DNA from: Candidatus Latescibacterota bacterium
GTDB lineage: Bacteria; Latescibacterota; UBA2968; GCA-2709665
Length of the DNA stretch: 64,000 bases
Direction: 5' to 3'
NCBI GenBank assembly: GCA_965208835.1
Contig: OZ242358.1
Coordinates: 1,088,001-1,152,000, forward strand
Below are positions 9,952 to 18,939 of this stretch, piece by piece. The translations under genes and the position numbers were made by a program. The notes beneath the pieces are model-generated. The model did no database searches. It was not told the DNA's origin and saw only the letters and a list, made by a program, of their open reading frames with translations. Each line of letters opens with the position of its first letter. Within the stretch, counting starts at the first letter, position 1.

Positions 9952-10200
9952 ATGTTTTGGCTTAGACGAAATCGGACATTTAAATTAGAGGCGTCAGCGA
10001 CAGAATTAGCTTTATCTAATTTTTTAACTATTTACGATTTGCTCAGTATTCTTGATAAATCAACAGCTCGGGCAGTGGCGAAACGTATTAGACAACAAGC
10101 GGTAATGATAGATTCGATTGTTTTGAAAGCGAACCAAGAGTGTATAACCAAGACTGGGATTGAAACTATACGAAGGTTGTTATTGGAGGCATGTAAGTAG
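9952..10200 (+). CDS. Hypothetical passenger protein
   Basis: 82-aa ORF with purine-rich RBS, downstream of the attenuator. Confidence 0.55.
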   Translation: MFWLRRNRTFKLEASATELALSNFLTIYDLLSILDKSTARAVAKRIRQQAVMIDSIVLKANQECITKTGIETIRRLLLEACK

Positions 10201-10247
10201 TAACAAGGTAGATTATTTGATAGGAAAAGGGAGCGTAAAAAACAACC

Positions 10248-10276
10248 TTGTCTTTTAATTTCTTAATACTTACATT
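10248..10276 (+). promoter_or_regulatory. Outward-facing promoter at the IS1595 right end
   Basis: TTGTCT-17-TACATT; 10238-10269 is the exact reverse complement of 18720-18751. Confidence 0.55.
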
Positions 10277-10503
10277 ATAAAAGTTTTATAGGTCAGACCC
10301 CCCACCGCCCCAAAAGCAAAAGCCTATAAGGTAGTATTACCGCTGCTTTAGCGTGCGTGCCGGCAACCGTGTGTCGCTGGAGAGACGGGGTTGCGGGTTG
10401 TGTACCTTTGCCCGGTGTCGGTAAAGGCTGGCTCGCGGCACGCAAAGGACCTGACAGGCACGCACAACGCCGACCATTGTCGCCAACACATTGGCTGCCT
10501 GTC

Positions 10504-10962
10504 TCATGTGTCTTCGGCCCTCTCGCTGTTGTCGTTGTTCAACCCAAGCAGGTCTGAAAGTTTTTTTTGCACCTCAATGATCGCTTCGGCCTGCTCCAGC
10601 TTTTTCGAAAGACGCGCATTCTCAACCCGCAACCGAGCCAACTGTTTCTGTGACGGATCTGCAGCGGGACGACCTCGCTTCTTCGTCTCCAGTTGCCCCT
10701 GGTCGCGCTGCATCCGCCACTTGCTCACATAGGACGAATACAATCCCTCGCGACGCAAGACCGCTCCGATCTCGCCGGGCCTTGTACACGCGTCGACCTG
10801 CTTGAGGATACGCAACTTGTATTGCTTCGTGAACCGACGACGCTTAGCCTTCACCACTACCTCCGCATCGGGAACCTGCTCGCACAGTCCCGAAACATCC
10901 GTCTCCACAACCGCATCCTGCTTCCCGTTTCGACCAGGCGTTGCTACCGATACATCCCTCAT
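10504..10962 (-). CDS. ISb OrfA (HTH transposase subunit)
   Basis: RRRFTKQYKLRIL, LRREGLYSS, coiled coil, IEVQKK. Confidence 0.88.
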   Translation of the reverse strand: MRDVSVATPGRNGKQDAVVETDVSGLCEQVPDAEVVVKAKRRRFTKQYKLRILKQVDACTRPGEIGAVLRREGLYSSYVSKWRMQRDQGQLETKKRGRPAADPSQKQLARLRVENARLSKKLEQAEAIIEVQKKLSDLLGLNNDNSERAEDT

Positions 10963-11043
10963 CGTCTGGCGCTCCTTTGCCCTCTCAATTGTTGCTTAAT
11001 TTAAAAAGGGAATATGTCTCATTAATATAGGCACAGAGGGATC

Positions 11044-11891
11044 CCGTGATGCACGGAATCGGGTGTGAGCAAGCCCAAGCCGCTGTGACGGTGTTGGGTG
11101 TTGTACCAGGGAAAGAAGCCCTGGAAGTAGGTACGCGCTTCCTCCGGACCGGTGAAGCGCCCGGGGTATGACGGCGCGTATTTGAGTGTTTTGAATTGGC
11201 TTTCGGAATAGGGGTTGTCGTCCGATACACGAGGTCTGCTGTAGCTGGCCAGGATGTCGAGGTCGATCAGCATTTGCGAAAACGTCTTCGCCTTCATCGG
11301 TCCGCCGCGATCCTGGTGCAACGTCAGTTGTCCGGGTTGAATGCCCTGCTTCGTGGAGGCGTTGGTAATCAGGCGCTTGGCCAGCGTGGCGCTCTCCCTT
11401 TTGGCGACCATCCAGGCCACCACGTATCGCGAGAACAGATCCAGCACGACGTAGAGGGGATAGGACACCCATTTTCGGGGTCCCGGCAACCTTGTGATGT
11501 CCCACGTCCAGACCTGGTTGGGCGCACTGGCCACCAACCGGGGTGGTTCGAGACGTGGATGACGGCGCTGGTCGCGGCGCTCGCGCACTTCCTGGGCATC
11601 GTGAAGCAGCCGGTACATGGTGCGGGTCGAGCAGACATACCGTCCTTCCTCCAGCAGCACGGCATACACGGCTGCCGGTGCCCGGTCCACGAAGCGATCC
11701 TCGTGCAGGATGTCCAAGACCCGGAGACGCTCCTGTGGAGAAAGTGCACGGGGCGAAGACCGTCGCGACCGACCCGGACACGTTGGATGTGGCTTGCGAT
11801 GACGGTATACAGAGGCTCGCGCCACACCCAATGCCCGGCATGCTGAAGCCAACCCGACACTCGGGGCGAGATGTTCGGCCGCACGTATCAT
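11044..11891 (-). pseudogene. ISa OrfB transposase 5' part (3' part at ~6396-6561)
   Basis: Same sequence as 35575-36588 up to SVHHG, where ISb is inserted. Confidence 0.9.
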
Positions 11892-12355
11892 ACGTCGTCG
11901 TCGGCCGGCGGGCGGTTCAGGGGGATGCCCAGGATCTCGGAGGCTTTTTTTTGGATCTCGAGGATGGTCTGCGCCTGTTCCAGTCGTCGCCGCAGCCGGG
12001 CGTTTTCCTTGCGCAGCTGCTCGTTCTCGACGGCGACCTCGTCACGACGCCGCCCCTTGGGTCCCCGCGGCTTGGATAGTGCCTTGAGCGTCCCCTCACG
12101 ACGCGCACGACGCCACTGGGTCAACTGCGAGGAATACAACCCCTCGCGACGCAGCAGCGCTCCGACTTCACCAGGGGCCCGGCACGCGTCCGCTTCTTCC
12201 AGGATGCGAAGCTTGTACCCGGCGGTGAACCGGCGACGCTTCGCACGCGCCGGCACCTCCGGATCCGGCCTCGTGGTTGTGGAGGTCCCGCGCGGGACCT
12301 CCACAACCAGAGTCCCCTTGCTGCCGTTGTCTCCAACATCGATTCTTGACCTCAT
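11888..12355 (-). CDS. ISa OrfA
   Basis: Same protein as 35111-35578. Confidence 0.88.
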   Translation of the reverse strand: MRSRIDVGDNGSKGTLVVEVPRGTSTTTRPDPEVPARAKRRRFTAGYKLRILEEADACRAPGEVGALLRREGLYSSQLTQWRRARREGTLKALSKPRGPKGRRRDEVAVENEQLRKENARLRRRLEQAQTILEIQKKASEILGIPLNRPPADDDV

Positions 12356-13347
12356 CTCGTCCTCTCCTCTCCGCCCATTGTACGACATTAAACTCGGAGG
12401 GGGAGTTGTCTCACTCTATATTGGCACGTAGGGTGGCGTCGAGACACTCACTTACCCACCTCAGATCGAGACTCAAGAGGTCGGGGAAGAGATCGTTAGT
12501 ATGTTCGAGCAGATGAGTCTGATTCCCACGCTGTTTTTTGTTGACCCGTGGGGATACAAGGGGCTTTCGCTTCGGTTGGTGAATTCGGTGCTAAAGGACT
12601 GGGGCTGTGATTGTATTTTTTTCTTCAACTACAACCGAATCAATATGGGCCTGAATAACGAAGCGGTGCGGGAACATATGGATGCGTTATTTGGCGAAGA
12701 GAGAGCCGAAATCTTACGAGCGAGGCTTGACCAGCTAAGCCCGCGAGATCGTGAGTTGACCATTGTTGAGGAACTCTGCCAGGCAATTAGAGAATCAGGC
12801 CCGGGATTTGTGCTGCCGTTCAGGTTCAAGGACGATCACGGAACTCGAACAAGCCATCATCTGATCTTTGTCAGCAAGCACTCAAGGGGATACAAGATCA
12901 TGAAGGAAATCATGGCTAAAGAGTCGTCTGACAGGCAACAAGGCGTCGCGACGTTCGAATACAATCCCGCTGATCTCCGACAACCGTTTTTGTTTGGATA
13001 CGCACGTCCGCTTGACGACCTCGGTGACATGCTTCTAAAAGAATTCTCAGAAAAGACATTGAAAATGAAAGAGATATACGAACAGCATAACTTAAACACG
13101 CCCTACACTGCGAAGAACTATAAACAGGTATTGTTACAGTTGGAGCAAGAGAGGAAGATCGTCGCTGCCAAACATAGAAAAAATACGTTTGGCGATAACG
13201 TCGTCGTTACTTTTCCTCACCAATGACGGAAAACTCTGAACGGTGCGAGAGACAGTGAGGCACCCATCGCCGCCTTCACGACCCAAACCCATATCGGCGT
13301 TGTCCTAAGTTTCTACAGTTTTGGCAAGCGTAGACGATAGGAGGAAA

Positions 13348-13548
13348 ATGATGTTTGACATTGATGCGTTGCTCCAAAAAAACCCTTCTGCAAGAAGGGT
13401 TTTCGAGAAAAACCAGGCATTGCTATCGAAATGTCCACCAGCAAAAAAAGCGAAATTCCGACTTGGGGATCCGTACTCGGCTAGACGTCCGGTTGACGAT
13501 ATCCCTGTCAGCCAACCCAGGCCAAAGGCGACGTATTTCGGAAACTGA
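13348..13548 (+). CDS. Small hypothetical protein
   Basis: AGGAGG RBS before ATG; 66 aa. Confidence 0.45.
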   Translation: MMFDIDALLQKNPSARRVFEKNQALLSKCPPAKKAKFRLGDPYSARRPVDDIPVSQPRPKATYFGN

Positions 13549-13640
13549 AGTCCCTTGAGGGAACTACATAAAAGAAGCCGGGGCTGCCATAGCGCCGGCT
13601 GTCTTATTGGGGGTCTCACCGTCTATAGATCGAGGATGTG

Positions 13641-13841
13641 CTACGCTTCTAAAGCTTCTCGAATCGCTTTCTCCAAGCTTGGGCGAACTCTGTCCATGCT
13701 CCGACGGGCGGAGTCCTCTGCCATCTGCAGGATTTCCGCAAGCTCTTCGCCCGAAGGTTCAGGCGGAGTCACTTTATCACGCTTGGGACGCTTTGCCTCA
13801 CGTTTTCGCGCCGTCTTCGACAGATGTGATGTCAGCGCCAT
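13641..13841 (-). CDS. Small hypothetical protein
   Basis: AGGAGG RBS; 66 aa with basic N-terminus and helical C-terminus. Confidence 0.5.
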   Translation of the reverse strand: MALTSHLSKTARKREAKRPKRDKVTPPEPSGEELAEILQMAEDSARRSMDRVRPSLEKAIREALEA

Positions 13842-13917
13842 AGGGTGTCCTCCTATGTGAAGTTTCTATGGTCGGTTGAAAATGTGTGTCACTTTATATA
13901 GACAAGTAGAGTTATGG

Positions 13918-15243
13918 CTAAGGCCGCCATGAACGTGGTTGATGCCGGTAATTGATACCGGCGATCTTTTCTTCTTGGTCCTGCCAATAGTCGTGTACGA
14001 AAGCGACGATATGCACGGCATCCTCGACGACAATGTGGAGATGATTCTCGTAATACTTCGCGCGGGGGTATGTACGCCACCTGACGATTGGCCCCGGCAT
14101 TGACCACATGTTTTTATCACTGCGGAATACGTGGAGTTGGTCCGATGTCTCAAGCAGAATCCCAAAGTATGCCAGACCGGCCTTAATTACGTCGGCTTCT
14201 CTTATGAGCGGAACTGAACCAACAGAACCGAACGGAGATTCTCGGCGCGGTTGTTCGGCGTGATTCTTCGCCACTATGCCCGGGGGACTCGACGTACTGT
14301 CGGAAACCAGCAGCGCTTGAGGGGTCTCGGTTTCTGGCTCCGTGACGTTGTTCTGTACATACCGCATTATAGTCATTTCATTGCCGTGGATGCCGCAGAT
14401 CTTGTCTCCCGCGCCCCAACTCAATCCCGTCACGCTTCCAGTCTGAAGTATCTCGGATTCATCGATTTCGCGAACGAATTCCCGCCGGAGACGCCCCGAT
14501 CCGGTAGGATCGCGTTGCCAACGGAAGGCCAGCAGACACGATTCTCCAACCAGAGACGTGCTGTAGACACTGGCAAACACCCAGTCCGCATACGAAGAGT
14601 GTCGGCCCGTTAACTGGTTAACGCTGCCGTTTCTGTGGTTTGATTGTGGAAAGTACAGATTTCCACTGTTCGGAATATCATCGCGGGACCGGGGGTCGAA
14701 TTCGAAGAGCCCGTCGTCGCCAGCGGAAAGGGCGATTCCCCAGCGTGCCGCCGACGCCGAGAATGCTTGGGCGTCCCAATGCTTCTTCGGTCTGGAACTG
14801 ACTGGATAGCGCCGGTTATTTCTGTGTGCTGCGGCGGACCAGAATCCGTCATAGGTCACGAGATACAGGATATTGCTGAAGATCTCGGTATCTGTCGGAA
14901 GCTCCTTGACCGGATTGTCCTGTTCGCCATAAAGGGCTTCATTCAGTAATTCCGGAGTGATGACCGGAGTTTCCGCCCTGAGTCCCGCGAAATTCGCATT
15001 AAGAACCTTGCGATATCCGGGATCATCGAACACTGCGAGTACGTCAGGATGGTACAGCGAGTGTCCTCGCAACCAGGCCGCCTGGACTTCGAGAGACCGA
15101 CCGGCTTTTGGATATGCCAACTCGATCAGACTCTCCCAGTCGTACACGGAAAGGCGGCCATCATAATGCCAGAGATACAGGCGGCCACGATAGATCTGCA
15201 CATCCCAGAAATCCCCAGGAATCGAAAGCACTAAAGGTTGCAT
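13918..15243 (-). CDS. Hypothetical protein (441 aa), beta-rich, possibly a propeller
   Basis: Start MQPLVLSIPGDFWDVQIYRG overlaps the upstream stop; short beta-strand-like repeats. Confidence 0.75.
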   Translation of the reverse strand: MQPLVLSIPGDFWDVQIYRGRLYLWHYDGRLSVYDWESLIELAYPKAGRSLEVQAAWLRGHSLYHPDVLAVFDDPGYRKVLNANFAGLRAETPVITPELLNEALYGEQDNPVKELPTDTEIFSNILYLVTYDGFWSAAAHRNNRRYPVSSRPKKHWDAQAFSASAARWGIALSAGDDGLFEFDPRSRDDIPNSGNLYFPQSNHRNGSVNQLTGRHSSYADWVFASVYSTSLVGESCLLAFRWQRDPTGSGRLRREFVREIDESEILQTGSVTGLSWGAGDKICGIHGNEMTIMRYVQNNVTEPETETPQALLVSDSTSSPPGIVAKNHAEQPRRESPFGSVGSVPLIREADVIKAGLAYFGILLETSDQLHVFRSDKNMWSMPGPIVRWRTYPRAKYYENHLHIVVEDAVHIVAFVHDYWQDQEEKIAGINYRHQPRSWRP

Positions 15244-15647
15244 CGCTTCCCTCCGGATATCTTCGTGATGTGGTGTTTCTCCAGGAGCCCTTGTGCGACC
15301 CAGACCTGAAGTACAGCGATAGGCGGACGATCCTTGGGTCGTCTCCGATAGTCCGCTGGATAGCCGTGCCAAATGGGCGTGGAACTGCCGTCAACAAACT
15401 TTCCGAAGAATAGTGATTCTCTGTAAACATTGATGCCGACAGTCCTGAGGCGACGACCACCAGACTCGGCCGCCCAGCAAGTCTGAGCTGGACTGCGCGC
15501 TGTTGGTAACGCAGCCTCAAATAAGGCTACTTCGTCATCGACCGGAATCGTCCACATGCAGCTCTCACGTGTCGGAAGTTTGCGGTGCTTTGGATGGATG
15601 AAATATCTGACATCTTTGCGGATACATATCGTATCACCAGGTTTCAT
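15231..15647 (-). CDS. Hypothetical protein with WHGYPAD motif, possible nuclease toxin
   Basis: 138 aa, HPKHR ... GKFVD ... WHGYPADYRR; translationally coupled to the next gene. Confidence 0.7.
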   Translation of the reverse strand: MKPGDTICIRKDVRYFIHPKHRKLPTRESCMWTIPVDDEVALFEAALPTARSPAQTCWAAESGGRRLRTVGINVYRESLFFGKFVDGSSTPIWHGYPADYRRRPKDRPPIAVLQVWVAQGLLEKHHITKISGGKRCNL

Positions 15648-16110
15648 GGTAAGCGATTCTGCCTTTCGTCAATTTCTTCGTCGGTTCAACGACCGTTGAA
15701 TTTCACATTCATGACTGAAGGGTTGGGTAGTTATCTCGATCGAGAGGTTTTTTTGTTCCTACTTGAAATACGGTGAGTGTCTTTCGTAGTTGACCATGTC
15801 CGTCGTGCAGGGTGTTTCCCTCGATATTCCAGGCCGCAAGCGCTACATTGTATTACCGCAGCCCCTCCGCCAATCCTCGAAGTCGAGTTGGTTGCGAAGG
15901 AAGAGTTCGTATTGTTCGCCGTCGTCAGTGCTTGGATGGATGATTCCGTCCTCGCCATCGGTATCCAGGAATGCTTCCAATTCTCCTGGGTTAAGTACCG
16001 GAATTTTCATCACTGAGCGCCATCGTGCACGTGCTTCGTCGTAGACTTCGCCCCTGCGCAATTTCACGCTAAGATTGAGCACCTATATACTTGATTACCC
16101 GCGTGGTTTA

Positions 16111-16139
16111 AACGTAGGTGTTAGGGAACTAAGGGACAA
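16111..16139 (-). promoter_or_regulatory. Outward-facing promoter at the left end
   Basis: TTGTCC-17-TACGTT on the - strand, reading through the IR. Confidence 0.5.
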
Positions 16140-16227
16140 GATTCATTTACTCAGTTTAAACTAAAAAACACAGCCCAGGGATATCCCTGGGCTTGTCTAA
16201 TGAAAAATAGAGAAATAAATTTATTGT

Positions 16228-16593
16228 TTATGCAGATTTAACCCTACGAGACAATTTATCTATATATGTACCCAAATGTGTGTTTAGAGATGAAAGTTCT
16301 TCAGAAATTTGTTTTAGGCACAAGAACATTTTTTCTTCAAGAGGGAGGGAACCTACACTCAACAATTCCTGAAAAAATATATCAATTTGGTGATCAGGAA
16401 TCACAATTGCCAATTCCCTTTGTTGAGCAGACTCAGATTTGTGTTCCAAGGTACCAGAACACAAAATTACCAAATCACGATTTGGTCCCAAAGCCAGCCG
16501 TACTTTTTGAAGGTTGGTCACCTGAAAGGATACGTGCGATACATCAAGCAATTGCAGAGTGTCGGCGTCATAGTCATCAGAAATAATAGACAT
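16228..16593 (-). CDS. Hypothetical passenger protein
   Basis: 121-aa ORF following 16611-17522; hairpin at 16172-16193 downstream. Confidence 0.6.
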   Translation of the reverse strand: MSIISDDYDADTLQLLDVSHVSFQVTNLQKVRLALGPNRDLVILCSGTLEHKSESAQQRELAIVIPDHQIDIFFQELLSVGSLPLEEKMFLCLKQISEELSSLNTHLGTYIDKLSRRVKSA

Positions 16594-16610
16594 TACTAGC
16601 TTCCTTATAT

Positions 16611-17522
16611 TCAGATAGGAAGTTCAGCTTGATCAGCGGCTGGTTCGTATTTAATTACTTTAACAATACCGTGTTGCGGATTTCCTCCTCTCCGAGTCTT
16701 ACCAATTATACGAACTATGGCCCTTAATTGATCTCCATTCCCACACTTAATCTCCCTATTTTTTATCTTTTCTCTAAACTCTTCATCAAGAATACGGAGT
16801 TGGTAACTCTGGCCTCGGTGTTGTATTCTCCAAGTATATTGATCTCTAAAAGCAGGACTAATCACCTCCATACCCCACATAAATTCATTCTTCGATTTAT
16901 TAATATCAGGAATATCCTTAATGTATTGATAATGTGTAATATCGCTTTTTTCAAATTTACAAGCAAATTGACCATTATCTGCTTTATTTATTTTAATTGA
17001 AGAGATATTTTCAGACTCAGTAATCTTAATAAAATCTTCAATATCAGTTCTTATTTTTTCATTTTCAAATATATCTTTTACCGCTGCTTCTGTTGTTATT
17101 ATCTCATCCTTAATATGAAATCTTGCATTACCTTCCGTATCTCGTGAAATTTTAGTTGGTTTTCGTGATCGCAATTCTGATAAAAGATTAAAAATTCCCT
17201 TGACTCTTTGTTGTGTTAAGTTATCGCGAACCAAATCTAATGCATTAACAGTCTTACTAGAAACTGCTTCTATTATTTCTGCACTATGGGACAATAATGA
17301 TCCTCCATATTCTACAAAGTTAATCAATAAATCAATTTCTAAACTACCTGGTCTAAATGCCTCAACTTCTAATTTGATCTTAATTTGTCTATTTGACACC
17401 ACACCCACAGTTTCTTGTATGATTGTATTCAATTTCATAAAAGCAGTTGCCACACAAAACACTTCTACAGAAGTGTTTTGTTTATTTTGTAATTCAAAAG
17501 CTATATTAAATCTCTTTTCCAT
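16611..17522 (-). CDS. Hypothetical phage/MGE-type protein
   Basis: ~303 aa; EAFRPGSLEI, and ILDEEFREKI...GDQL suggesting an OB-like C-terminus. Confidence 0.7.
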   Translation of the reverse strand: MEKRFNIAFELQNKQNTSVEVFCVATAFMKLNTIIQETVGVVSNRQIKIKLEVEAFRPGSLEIDLLINFVEYGGSLLSHSAEIIEAVSSKTVNALDLVRDNLTQQRVKGIFNLLSELRSRKPTKISRDTEGNARFHIKDEIITTEAAVKDIFENEKIRTDIEDFIKITESENISSIKINKADNGQFACKFEKSDITHYQYIKDIPDINKSKNEFMWGMEVISPAFRDQYTWRIQHRGQSYQLRILDEEFREKIKNREIKCGNGDQLRAIVRIIGKTRRGGNPQHGIVKVIKYEPAADQAELPI

Positions 17523-17607
17523 CAAACACTTTCCCAATAATTATCTTGCCAAAATCTATGTGTGGTCAATACCTACACCGACATTTTACAACACGCAAGA
17601 AGAAAAA

Positions 17608-17784
17608 TCAAGCCTTTTCATTACTATTCGACTGCAAAAACAACCACCCCACCTTTCCCCCGTGTTCCTTACAATTCGGAAACTGATCTCCCTTTACAAT
17701 CTTAGCTATATATCGACACGCACACCGAAAACCAAATACTCGATAATAACCGGTCACTTTACAAACTTCTCGTGAGAGTGGCAT
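17608..17784 (-). CDS. Small Cys-containing protein (YjzC-like)
   Basis: CKVTGYY..CAC...KGDQFPNC pattern; GAGG RBS. Confidence 0.45.
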   Translation of the reverse strand: MPLSREVCKVTGYYRVFGFRCACRYIAKIVKGDQFPNCKEHGGKVGWLFLQSNSNEKA

Positions 17785-17792
17785 AAAAAACC

Positions 17793-17942
17793 TCACAATC
17801 GGCTAATCACCTCACGCAAATCTGGCAAGTTTTTATACACGTATATTCCAACACCAAGTATGAAAATGCAAACAAATAGTCGAAATATCCATATCAAAAT
17901 CTTGGAAATTTTAGAATCTGTCGTCCATTGATCCCGGCTCAT
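17793..17942 (-). CDS. 49-aa single-TM peptide
   Basis: MSRDQW...ILIWIFRLFVCIFILGVGIYVYK; AAGGGA RBS. Confidence 0.45.
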   Translation of the reverse strand: MSRDQWTTDSKISKILIWIFRLFVCIFILGVGIYVYKNLPDLREVISRL

Positions 17943-18354
17943 ATTTAATTCCCTTGTCGCTCTATTGGGACACCCGTATATTAAAAATACGGGAACCTTG
18001 AATGGAACAGTCATTCAAGATCCGTTCCCAATGATCACTGTTCGATCCGGGGAACCACTAACTTAAATCCTGCACGCTGTCACTCGTGAGGATAAAAGTT
18101 CGAGCCGTATCCGCCCAGGGTGCCAGCCCTGGGCTTTTTACTTGCCTTTTACTGGTTGAATAGCGAGTTTAAACTCGGGAGCGAGGCACCTAAGTTATTA
18201 CCTTCCTTCTTATATTCTGAAGAACCCATGTTCAACCGAATATTCCGCGGAAAAGAAGATTGGTAATAAGGACGTCCATGCCTCGCTCCAAACACAATAT
18301 ACTAAAACCAAGAGAGGAGTCAACCTATGTTAGCACTACACCATATCCACAGAA

Positions 18355-18582
18355 TTATTCGGGCTGGGCGAGCAAGACAAGCCCAGTCAGGAGCGTCAAG
18401 AATCGCTTTTCCTCTTCTTCTGATCCATCACTATGTAGTGGAAGCTGACCCATATGATTTCTTAACTGGTCGGCAATCTGAACTTTAGTTGCCGCATCTA
18501 AAACCTGAATAATGGAAATAACACCAAAATAGGACGCCGAAGCTATTTCCTCAACCGTGTAGATCTCTTCTGAATTTTCCAT
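18355..18582 (-). CDS. Hypothetical passenger protein
   Basis: GGAGG RBS; three-hairpin leader and TTGTCT-17-TACCTT promoter (18713-18741). Confidence 0.55.
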   Translation of the reverse strand: MENSEEIYTVEEIASASYFGVISIIQVLDAATKVQIADQLRNHMGQLPLHSDGSEEEEKRFLTLLTGLVLLAQPE

Positions 18583-18807
18583 AACCCCTCCAAAAAGATT
18601 TAACCCAAGTTCCCGTTAGGGTCTTGGGTTATTTTTATCGGCAGCCCCGAAACCGCCAGGTTCGAGGCTGCCTGTCCGAAACGCCCCCTGGTGAGTGGCA
18701 CCAGGTATTTAAAAGGTAGGTATTAAGAAATTAAAAGACAAGGTTGTTTTTATAATCATTAACTTGCGAAAGCGCCACCTATCAATTAAGTTAGGTGGCG
18801 CTTTTAT

Positions 18808-18879
18808 GGGGACGCTGGCAGGTGCCAGGGCAGCCGGACTTAGGATCTACTGCTGAGGGTTCGAGTCCCTACGTCTCCA
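18808..18879 (+). ncRNA. tRNA-like element (degenerate tRNA-Leu TAG)
   Basis: Acceptor GGGGACG/CGTCTCC+A; T-arm AGGG-TTCGAGT-CCCT; loop CT-TAG-GA; non-canonical D arm, no long variable arm, no CCA. Confidence 0.55.
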
Positions 18880-18939
18880 CATTATTAATATACCATATCG
18901 ATTTAATCACTACAAGCTAATTTTTATACTATGAAATTC

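Larger units (their letters stand above)
7466..10341 (+). mobile_element. IS1595-family cargo element (2876 bp)
   Basis: ~50-bp imperfect terminal IRs (GGCAATACCACCTTATAGGCTTTTG... / GGTAATACTACCTTATAGGCTTTTG...); 8-bp TSD GCTGCTTT at 7458-7465 and 10342-10349; AT-rich. Confidence 0.92.
6601..10507 (-). pseudogene. ISb OrfB DDE transposase, split (10507-10342 + 7457-6601)
   Basis: WSWDIT, LDIFSRYVVGW, HSDRG, NDNPYSEAQYKT; rejoins in frame as ...PARTLKQ|QERAHIL. Confidence 0.88.
6562..11040 (-). mobile_element. IS3-like element ISb (1595 bp own sequence) nested in ISa orfB, interrupted by an IS1595 element
   Basis: ATC duplication at 6559-6561 and 11041-11043; ends GGTATGTGTCAAGTAAAGTGAGACA and (reverse complement) CCCTCTGTGCCTATATTAATGAGACA. 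Confidence 0.88.
6357..12433 (-). mobile_element. IS3-like element ISa, copy 1 (1595 bp own sequence), interrupted by ISb
   Basis: TGGC duplication at 6353-6356 and 12434-12437; matches the intact copy at 35028-36627 apart from one 5-bp GAGAG unit. Confidence 0.92.
6036..13226 (+). pseudogene. tcmP: Three-Cys-motif partner protein TcmP, split by nested IS (6036-6356 + 12438-13226; 369 aa when rejoined)
   Basis: YIDLFAGRG in the N-half and FFVDPWGYKG in the C-half; removing 6357-12433 and one TGGC copy gives in-frame ...NHLPG|VETLTYPPQ...MFEQM. Confidence 0.88.

Noticed and set aside
18808-18879. Functional canonical tRNA-Leu
   Set aside because: Lacks conserved D-loop geometry, long variable arm, regular anticodon stem and CCA; kept only as tRNA-like
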